This document shows positions 24,974 through 36,900 of a DNA stretch of 64,000 nucleotides, one piece after another. The translations under genes and the position numbers were made by a program. The notes beneath the pieces are model-generated. The model had not been told where the DNA came from and did no database searches. It saw nothing but the letters and a program-made list of their open reading frames with translations. Position 1 is the first letter of the stretch, and the number at the start of each line of letters is the position of its first letter. This DNA comes from Schmidtea polychroa (Eukaryota): assembly GCA_044892525.1 (NCBI GenBank), contig CM097885.1, positions 46,440,001-46,504,000 of the forward strand, read 5' to 3'.

Positions 24974-27900
24974 AGAGCATTGGTTCAGGAAAAATGAGTG
25001 GTTTGAAAAGAAGGAACCACATACCAAAGCTAAAATAAACATGCTGAGACAAATGCGGAGCGATCAGACGGATCAGGAAGATGAGAAAAGTGAGGTGAGT
25101 AGCCTGGGAGGCGAATTATTTCAGTCAAGTGAGGAAAATAACGAACCGAAAACACCTCCAAACAGTGAAACACCTCAAAGTAGTGAGGAGAGTGAAAATG
25201 ATGACATGAAATCAATGATAGAAAAAGATGAAGAAGAGATATTCGAGGAAATTCTCGACACAGTAACAGAAATAGAGCGAAATGAGAGCTACATCAACGA
25301 GTTAACATACAGAAAATGCTTAAAATTTATAACTCAAGTATACCAGTGTGAAGGAGGTATAATAACGGCAGCATGGAAAGATTTAGCAACAAAATATAAA
25401 GAGAAACTAAAGGAAGCAGGCCCAGATCAATATCAAGTAAGCATTCAACACCCCGAGATTCAGATACAGACTATCGAATTAAAAGGAACAAATACCGATG
25501 AACTGTACAACTGGGTACAGGAAAAAATGGGAACGAGCCATAAAAATAAACAATTATATGTCGATGGTTACAAAGTTAAAATAGGCATACATTTGGTAGA
25601 TGCGATGATATGGCCAAACGAAACTAACATCTTAACCTTAGAGAAAACCAGGGATGACGACTCGGTAGCAGAGATGTTCAAGAAAATCCAACAAGTGTTT
25701 AACAATGAAGTAGAACCAGAATTGGAAAAGATCGAACGAAAAATAATGAAAGAAAACCAAATAATCTTAGTCAAACAAGCTATCGATCAGACAAGGAAAT
25801 ACATTAATAGATTGAGAGAAAGATGGCCACAACTAATGAAACAATTTGTTAAAGACGTACGAGACACGGAAATTATGAGATTCGAAGACAAACGAGCGAC
25901 AGAATTGATATCTAAATACGGAGAATACGAGAGAACCAAATGCGAGCATGAAACGATAAAAATAAAGGTGAAGTTGCCAAATGAAGAGAAACAAATAATA
26001 GAAGTTAATCCCGATTGCCAAGTTGACGAGTTAGTGCAAATCATAGATCAAGAGATCATCCAAAAAGCTCGAGAAAATAGTGAGGATGGAATGATCGAAG
26101 ATGTGATAATAATGTACAACCGGCACATGCTAGAAAGAGGAGACCGAACTGTAATTTACGAACTAGGAATCTGGGAAGATGGAGCCGTCATCAATATAAT
26201 CGCGATGGATGAACCATCTGGTGGGCACAAAAACGCCACGAAAACCGAGCAACAAATTAAAAGATTCCAATGGGGAATGAGGGCAAAGATGGATCGAATA
26301 ATAGATATTTATAACCATTGGCTAAAGGATGATAAACTAAAACTAGCAGCCTTCAATGACGAAGATTGCAAACTGATACCATGGAAAAAAGTGTGGATCG
26401 AAAGTGAAGCTCGATGGGATTGGGAGCAGCAAAAGTTGGAACCAAATTGGATAGATAATATACCCGAAGAGATCGCAGCAGTATGGGTAAGAGAGAAACC
26501 GATCGATACTTACCAGGATATATTACCACAAGAATTCCAAAATGAATTACCATCAGGAGAAGATGAGGAGATACGAGAACCAGTAAGGTTAGCACCATTC
26601 ACGTGGAAAATTGAGAATTGGATGGAAAAGATAAAATCAGCAAAGGAAGAGAAAATCACACGATTAGTAAGTCCACCGTTCTACTCAGGATTAGGTGAGT
26701 ACAAGATGAAATTGCGAATATACCCGAACGGAGACGGGATAGGTAAAGGAAATTATGTGTCGGCATTCTTCGTCATCTGCAAAGGAAATTATGACGACAA
26801 GGTACCATGGCCGTTTAGCAGAAAAGTGACGATAGCAATCGAACCATTGAAAGATAGCCTTAACATGCATAAAGAAACATTGAAACCAGATCCAAGGAGC
26901 GCCTGCTATCAACGACCAACAACATCAGAAAATATCGCTTCTGGGACACCTAAATTAATACGTCTAAGTTACATTGAGAATGAGCAGTCAAAATTTGTGA
27001 AAAACAATGCTATCCAGATCAGAGTAGAAGTTGAAACAGAACAAGAAATGAACCAACGACTGAACATACCAGAAAATCAACCGAGAATCTGTATGATGAG
27101 GAGAAGAGTGTCTGATTCAGGACATCTACCAATAGACGCCGACGCAGATGAGGAAGAAGCAGCAACATTGTTGGAAGCACAAAAATGTAAGGAGTTGATG
27201 GAGATATTACAAAACGGGGCGAAAAATCGTCGACGAGCGGTGGTAGAACTAGCAAAATGGATAGCCGAATCATGCAAAAGGATTCAAAACCTACGAAAAA
27301 TCGTTAAAGCGATTGAAGAATATCGACGGGTGTACGTATGGTACCCTGAACAATTTGGTGAAATTATCCGGAAATGGAAACAACAAGAGTGGGCCGAAAA
27401 CTCACCTGAGAAATATCAATTAAAAATATTCATGCCAGATTTTGAACCAATGGAAAAGGAATTCTATACGACAGCTAAAGTCAGAGAAGTTAAAAAGAGA
27501 ATACCTTATGAACTCCCATTCCACTTACAACACGAGGGACGATCATTAGACGACGATATTGAGATTGGTGTGACACCACTCCAAGGAGAAATTGTGAACA
27601 GATTAACGGTGAGTAAAATTGCAGGTAGAGAGCTAAGGAGAAGAGAGATAAAGCAAAAATCATCCACCCAACAGCCAGGAAGTTTGGACACACCAGAAGT
27701 TCCAAATGCGGTTAGTGAAGTGACGATCGAAACAACGGGAGAAGACGAAATACTGGATGAATTACAAGAGATAGTAGAAGCAGGCGAGATTATGAGAGCA
27801 TCGCAATCAGGAGATCTATTTATCGACGAAGGTGAACTGACAACTGATGATTTAGATGGATTTGTATGCGCGCAGAGACAACCAGTGGAAACGACGGAAG

Positions 27901-30900
27901 CCGAGACGGATTTAGATAACGTGGAAAGAGATGCCAATAAAGATGTAACCACAACCGATGAATGGAGCAACTGGAGAGTAGATCCAGGAGCGACCACGTC
28001 AAAAGATACAACTTACAATCCGCCAAAACGGAAAGAAACCGGAACAGCTATGGATCGACGAACAAGAGGAAGACCAAAAACAGATAAAGCAGAGATCGAA
28101 CCAAAATCCAAAGTTCAGGCGCAAATGGAGCAGGTAAAAACTAAAATGGATAAACTAAGTGCATTAGTAAAACAAGTGAAAGTGAAGACAAGCGTCCGAG
28201 AACAAGGGACACGATGGATAAATGACCTATTAGCCAACATGTTAGCATTAGCAAATCCAGATGTGAAAAGAGTAATGAGGAAGGATAATATCCCAACCGA
28301 AGCTAAACAATTATGGGCGGTATTGAAACCGATAATAATGAAAATCACGGATAATAAAATTCGATTAACGTTAAAGGATCCCGTGGAACTCAGATTAATT
28401 GTGGAACATCTGTTAACTAGATCAGAAGACCAAAATCGATATTTAGTGGGATTAGCGTATTTGGTGTATAACGTCATTGGTCAATATAAAAAACGAATGC
28501 CAAAATATAACGCAACTGGTTATGAATTCACAGTAACAGAAATAATCAAACGATCAATAGAACCATATATACTTGAACAAGGGGGATGGAGAAACTTCAT
28601 CGAATCAACTGGGAAGAAAGATCAAACGGAAATGATGCAAGCAAAGTTACGCGACTTGCTAACGGAATTCGAAGGAACAATCAATATGAACGACCCAAGA
28701 GCAAGCCGAAAGGGAATGAATGCCATAATAACCACGATATTGATATGGATGATGTGTATCAAAGGAACGGAGTCATTTGCAGTATACGACTGCGACAACA
28801 TAAAAATCCATGAGAAATATTCATTAAAGGATACGGAAGACTGTAAAGCGGCAAACCCAAGAAAATTACAAACAGTCATGGCATCAGTCTCGTACAACGT
28901 ATATCAAGAAGCAGATTTCATCAAAACTATGGTCCAAGAGTGTACGGTAACCAGAAAGATATTCGCACATCACTGCGGTTCATCCTCACACTCAACAATC
29001 ATAGAACCAGGATTGGAATCGACAGTAATATTACTATCAAGAGAGGAATGCGAGGAAGGGTTCCGATCAGGGAGAATCCACTTAAGGCAAGGGATTGAAA
29101 TCGCTGCAGAACCAGGAAAAATAAAAACGACTCGCGTATATACGGCGGGCAGAATCACTAAAGGAGACGGAACATGTGAGACAGGAACATACACCTTGAA
29201 CGGACAACTGGTTAGTGGAGTGGTCGTAATAGAAAGTTACGAAGCTAAATTGGAAAAGTATCAAGGCTACTTTGACCCTGACACGCAAGCAATGAAGAAA
29301 TACCCAAGCTGTCTCGCATCAGATCGATCATGTTCAACCGGAATGTCAACTCTGGTATACCACGCAGATCAGAAAGTATGTCGACTAATGTTACTCAAGA
29401 CAGCAATATTCGAAGAAATCCAAGGGAAAGTGTACAGTGAACCAAAAGGAGAAGCAGAGAGACGAGCGATGGAAGAATTGAGAGCAAGGAAAGGATTCAG
29501 GGAAGACGTAATAACATCGAAATTGGAATCAGAAGTAACACCCACAGCGATAATCTCCAAAGACGATGGAATAGGAATGAGGTTCATAAAGAACAAAATG
29601 GTGAGTAAATGCGATGAGATGGTGATCAGCACCAATTATAAAGGGATCTACTTGTCGCGGAGAACCCTAGCAAATGCAGTCGGAAGACTAAGCGAAAAGG
29701 ATGTCAAATTATATTTATACGCTAATAATAAGATGGATTTCTTATATCACAGAGGATTAACATCCACGGAAAAAGTCTACCATGATCTGTTAAGAAACGA
29801 TTGCCTGCTCAACAAAGAAATATTGAGAACAAAATTAGCAATGGCGATTACAAATCCAGATAACGCAATTCCACTACTACCATTACAGGAAGGATATTTC
29901 GGACGAATCGTGGGCGAAGTGATGTACACCTACCAATGCAAAAAGATAATGGCAAGATTGCCGGAAAACCCTACAATACCAAGGGATAAGTGTGCAAACG
30001 AACTCGAAATTATTCACGAAGGTAAACCCAGGTTTGTGCAAGCAGTCACTAGGATAATGAACCCGGTAGGGTTTCAGCCAAATCTGTTTAATTGCAGTAA
30101 TGCATATGGACCAATGTATGAAAAAGAAGATGGACAATGGGTTCAATTTCCAAGTAAAACAATCGTAGTGACACCCAAGAAATTTGGATTGACGGAACTA
30201 ACAACAGAATTAGAGTTCAAGCCGATAGACGTATCACAGAGTGGATTATATACACCAAAAGATCTTGAATCAGCAAGGGCCCACATGTTATTCCCAGCAC
30301 ACAGACAAGCGATCCTATCAAATATAGTGACTATTTCTGGAGGAAATAATTATGGGGAGAGCCCAAATTACGAGCTATTATTATCACCAAGTCACTATCA
30401 ACAAGCAACAGCAAACATGATGAAGGCTATGTGGGGTCGACTTTTGGTATTTGGCCAAATGATGGCAGGAATACTCGGAATTATTCTGATAATACAAATA
30501 GTCAGAGTAATACTAACCCAGATGCTAGCATGTTTTGACATCTATAAGCGCGAGAGAAAAGTAAATTGGAAACTTGCAATTGGATTCTTACCGTTCTTAG
30601 CGAAAACAATGGTGTTGCATGGACACTCAAAGGATATTCATCGAATAAAAAGATTGTTGAAAATACTAACGCAAATGAAAGGGACAGACGAAGAAGTCGG
30701 ACGTAAGTTCAAAGTGATAATGAGATTAGAAGCAGAAAGAACTCAAGAGAAAGCAAAAAGAACCGGGAAGTGGAAAAAGTGGATGAACCTCAGACGAGAC
30801 GATGATAGTGACAACGACAATGATGATTTCAACGACGATGATAATAACCAAGGAGGAGCAATGTTGATAAATAAAAATACAGCCACTTGGGAAAACGAAA

Positions 30901-33900
30901 AAATGAAACCATGGGGATCACCGTATTCACAGACCCCATATTTACAAGCACCAACTAATGGACCAATGCGACGACCAGGAACAATGAGAGAACGGATAAG
31001 AATGGGAACCGGAAGATTACCCATACCGAACATTTATCCAACAGCTTATGAACCAAATTGGGCAGCAATGGATCCAACGATGATCAAACAGGCTAAAAGT
31101 GTAGAACAAGAAGTGGAGACACGAACGATTGCGGTATTGCAGACACCAGCCGGACCATCATTAACCATCAAGGTCGAAGTAAACGGAATAGAAATGGATG
31201 CAATGATCGATACCGGAGCAAATATTTCGGCAATAAATATGAATATGCTACCAGGCAGACTATGGCCATGCATTGAAGAGACAACCATGGATGTAATAAC
31301 ATGCAGCAAACAATCCATAGCGGTGGTAGGAAGAGTATGGTCAACGATTGAATATAAAGGGGTTAAAGTTACAACGTACCTCGCAGTCATTAGACAGCTA
31401 AGCGTATCATGTATAATTGGAACAGATGTAATGCCGGAATTACTGAAAGAAATTGTGATTGATTTGAGTTCCATGAAATTAAAAGATAAAACTGGACAGA
31501 TATGCACAATGAGAACAGAAGTGAGATGCTCCGAAAAAATGATAATACCAGCACGTACCCAGACAATATGTTATGTCAAGGTCGATAACGAAGCCAAAGG
31601 AGATATGATATTTGAACCAAGTCAAAAATTCGAGAAGAGAAGGGAGCTGCCATTGGCAAGAGAAATTGTCAGTATAAATGAGGATAACGAGATACCCATC
31701 AATATCACCAATTTTGATGAGGAAGATAAAGTAATCTACGAAAACGAGAGACTTGGAAAACTCACACCAATGATGAACATTGAGCTACCAGAGATAAAAA
31801 GCGAGGGAGCAGACGAAAAAGAATTATGGACCATCGATAGCGAACTCCTAAATAAAGACGAAAAGGAACAACTCAGACAACTACTGATTGAGTTTAAAGA
31901 TATTTTTGCGGCTTCAGATTTGGATTTGGGTACTAGCGATGTAACTCAACACATTATACCATTAACAGATGAGACACCCATAACGTTAAGACCATATCGA
32001 TTGGCTGAAGCACAAAAAACGGTAGCAGAGGAAGAAGTACAAAAGATGTTAGATGCTGGGGTAATAGAACCTAGTTGCTCACCATGGCAATTCCCAGTGG
32101 TAATGGTCAAAAAGAAAGATGGCACACAGAGATTTTGTATTGACTATCGGAGGTTGAACGCAGTAACAAAAAGAGATACATATCCACTGCCAGACATAAA
32201 CGAAATGTTACAGATGTTGCATGGAGCAGCATACTTTACATCTTTAGATCTAAAGAGTGGATACTGGCAAATTAAAGTTAAAGAGGAAGATAGAGAAAAG
32301 ACAGCCTTTACCATCGGAAAAGATTTATATCAGTTTAAAAAGATGCCATTTGGATTAACAAACGCACCTGCTTCGTTTCAGAGATGTATGAACTTTGTGA
32401 CACACGGGATCAAACAATGTATGGTGTATATCGATGATCTGTTAATTTATTCAGGTACTTTCGAGCAACACTTAATCGACATCAGAAACGTATTCATAAG
32501 ACTGAAACAATGGAAGCTGAAATTGAAACCGTCAAAATGCGACTGGGCAAAGGAGAGAGTCACATTTTTAGGACACATTGTGTCGGCAAAAGGAAAAGAA
32601 CCAGATCCGAGAAACGTTGAGAAAATAAAGAATTGTCCGATACCAAAAACCGTGACTCAGGTACAAGAATTTCTGGGATTATGCGGATACTACCGCAAGT
32701 TTATCAAAAATTATGCAACTATCGCAAAACCAATTCAAGAACTAACAAAAAAAGATACTCCATTTCTGTGGGAAAGGGAACAGCAAATAGCTTTCGAATC
32801 GCTAAGAGATAAACTAATAGCCTCGCCTATCTTAATCCACCCAGATTTCAAAAAGCCTTTTTTATTAGCAACTGATGCAAGTGGATACGCATCAGGAGCT
32901 GTGCTAGGACAATGGGATGAGGAGAAAAGAGAAAGAGTCATCGGATATTATAGCAAGACGTTCAAAAAACACGAGAAGAATTACTCGGTCACAGAAAGAG
33001 AAGCCTTAGCAATAATTCAGGCGATAAAACATTTCAAATATTTATTATGGGGACACGAGATAATTATTACTACGGACCATCAACCTCTAGTTTGGTTGGG
33101 CCAACATAAAGAGGCATCTAGTCGATTGATGAGATGGGCAATGCAGTTACAAGAATATTCCCCATACATCAAATTCAAGTCAGGAAAAGCAAACGCAAAT
33201 GCAGACTGCATGTCGAGATTTGTATTTGAAGAACTCATGGATCATGACGTCAGACGAATATGCCTGATAATCGCGGAAGATATCGATTTTACCAATCTAA
33301 AGAACGAACAAAAGGAAGACAATGAATTAAAACTAATAATTGAGTTCCTGGAAAAAAACGATATGAAAATATTCAACAACGATGATCGACTAAAAGAACA
33401 CATGGAGAAAAATCGTCACAGATATACGATCGAGAAAGGATGGCTATTGGTAATGGATGGCGACAAACGATTGATGTGTCTACCAGAAAGTAGACGGAAA
33501 GAAATTATGATTCAATACCACGATGGTAAATTGGGCGGACATATGTCAGCCAAGAAAACAGAAGCAAGGCTCAAACAGAAATATTACTGGCCAAATATGA
33601 GCGATGACGTGAAAGAATGGATAAAGAACTGCCTGATATGCGCAACCAGAAAAACAACGGGCAGTAAACTAAAGCCACCATTGAAACCAATGCCGATACC
33701 GCCAGAACCGATGACAATGATTGCAATGGATGTAGTTGGACCACTACCAGAGACTAACAGTGGAAATGTGTATATATTGGTAATAACTGATTATCTGACT
33801 AAGTTCCCTGAAGCATTTGCGATGCCAGACCAGAAAGCACGAACGGTTGCAAGGATATTAGTGGAAGAGATCTGCTGCAGATATGGAACACCAAAACAAA

Positions 33901-36900
33901 TCTTAACTGACCAAGGAACTAATTTCATGAGCGAGATAATAAATGAAGTGACAAATTATTTTAGAATTGCCAAATTGAGAACCTCACCATACCACCCGCA
34001 AACGAATGGTCAGACAGAAAGATTTAACGGCATACTAATAGACATGATGTCCAATTACGTGAGTAAACATCAAAAGGACTGGGATGAATATATTAAGTTG
34101 TGTCTAATGGCTTATCGAATGTCAATACACTCAGCAACGAAAATGAGTCCGTTTAAACTCATGTATGGAAGGGAATGCAACATGCCGATGGATCTCGAAT
34201 ACCAACCGCCAATCTCACAATATATGGAGATAGATGATTATGTGACAAAGTTCAAGGAGAGAATGCAAGAAATATGGAAAACCGCAGGGATGAACATCCG
34301 ATTCAACCAAGAGAGTTATAAGGAATTACATGATAAAAAGAAGAACGTGCAAAACCATCAATTTAAAATCGGAGATTGGGTTATTATAGAAACACCCGAA
34401 TTAATCCCAGGAACAGCAAAGAAATTACAACGTAATGGCAGAGGGCCATATGAAATCATCTATGTAAACGAGAACAACGCTAGAGTGAAGTTGGTTAACA
34501 ATCCACTAATTAGACCCATTTATGTGAATACATGTCGATGCAAAGCAGTAGCGAAAACTGCCACTAAAGACCCAGAAACAAGAAGGATAATCACGAGATC
34601 ACAAACAAATGCCACAACGGAACCAGAAGTAAGCGGTAGATTAACTAGATCACAGACAAGACGAATATTCATGTTGAGAGGAGAAACAAGCAGCAGCGCC
34701 CATAAAGGAACTGAAGCAGAAAGCGAAGCTGACGCAATGGCAAGGAGCCAAGCAACATGGAATATGACAATAAAAATAGCACGAGAAATTGTACCAGAAT
34801 GGGCCGATATAACCAATAAATACCAAGTATTGGGCAAACTAATGTTAGTAGCAGAAAGATATGCGAAAGGACGAAGATATGCCGAAGGATTACAAATACC
34901 GACTCAAATATATGAACTAATCCGGAGATTACCAATCATGTTCCTAACAAGTGATTTGAGTAATAACTGGCCAATCCATCATGCAGTGAAAGCAGGACAA
35001 GAAAAACGAGCTTTAGAGATTATACGAATAATGGAAAACTGCAAACAATCAACAAACGTCAAAAACAGTAAAGGAAAAACTCCACTGATGAAAGCCATAG
35101 CAATAGGCGCGTCAAGAGATGTACTCAGAGAATTATTAAGAACGGGATCCACGCTGAAAGAAAAAGACAACAAACAACGAACCGTATTACGTTATGCCGT
35201 CAGGTCAAAAAGACCTAGTATAGTGAACTTTATCACAGGAAATGCAACAACCGAAGAAGCCGAGGTGTTGGGACAGAGCATTGAACCAATTCTGGAAGCC
35301 ATCAGAGGAAACTTAGACAGAACCGCAGCAATATTAATCAAATGGAAACAAAACGAATTAAGAGCGGAAGTAATTGATATAAATCAATTCCAAAACAACG
35401 AAAATATCGTACTAAGAAGCGCCATATACTCAAGACCACCAATGCCAAAAACCATTAAAGCAATATTACAGAGAAATAGAACAGAATTGACAGGTAATTG
35501 GTGGAAATGCACAAAAACACATGCGATGAAAAAGCAACTAGAAATACTAGTGTGGGAATGGCACCGGAAACAACGGAAATATCAAGGAACCAAAGAAGAA
35601 CGAGAAAGTATCCACAACGACAAAAAAGAGATAATTAAAAAATACGAGGAGATGATCAAAGCAGCAAATGTCGAGGACGACATTTTCAGGAAAACCCCGG
35701 GTGAGAGGAATGACGACGACGACGACGACGAAAGGATGGGGGATAACGATAACAACCCAGAGGAAAACGACAGAGAACAGAATCCGGAAGGCGGAGAAAC
35801 AACGAGTGATGATGAGGAATTGGAAGAAGACGAAGAAGACCAATGTCGAGGTGAAGATCAAGGATTCGACAAAACGGAGAACAAAAAACGAAAGTCCCCA
35901 CTACATAGCATAGTGTGTCGAAATCAAATCCAGCCAATCCTACTACAAAGAATATTTATAATATTAACATCCATCTGTTTAACAGAAACAAAAAATATAA
36001 GAATCGTAAGAGAAGCTTCCCAAGAAGGTGAAGCATTTATGATAAAAGTCAGTGATTACGACGGAAATGCCGTCGGAATATGTGTGCAACTAATGGAAGG
36101 AACAGGAGTAAGTTGTGATTTCAGATCGATAACAAAAGGAAAGATTTTTAGCAGCCAAAAAAGAGATCCCAGGCTATGTGGAGATTATGACATCTGTAGA
36201 GACATATCAACAGAGGAAATGGAGCTAGAAAGAGCCAACGAAACCGGAGTACATTTTCAACTCAACATTTTGGAAGAAGGTATCGAAATAGAAGATAAAG
36301 GGAGTCGATCAATTACACATGTATGCATCAGAGAAGACAGAGACATATGCATAATAACTGATATGACACAAGACCACAAATTCTTCTGGGGAGAGGTCAA
36401 ACCAAATACCCCTACTGTGGTATGCGCAGGAACACAAGGGATAGTAGTATGTAAAGGAACAAGAACTGCACCAAGAAAAGACAAGCCAAAGAGTATGGCA
36501 ATGAAACAAGATCCATTGAGGGGGATAGCAACCAAGAAGCCAAACAAATCAGTTAGTACAAAAACAACAACAGAGCAAAATCAAACCGAATTAATAACAA
36601 CAACAACATGGATTAACGAAGTAATTAAAGACGAAAGACGGGAAGTGCAGATAACTATTAACCTCAACAAGAAAGGTGAAGAGGTAATTACAGTCAAAAA
36701 CCAGGAAGGAGAACCAATCATAAGGATATGTGTAATGGATAAGACGGGAATAATCGACTGTACAACAACACCGATAGACAAAGGTACAGACGTTAAAATG
36801 GAGACAGGGAAACGGAAAGAACGATACCAAGTATGTATCCTTAAGAAAGGAAGAGGAACCAGCGTATGTCAACCAATAACTCGACAAAAACCCCAATTAA

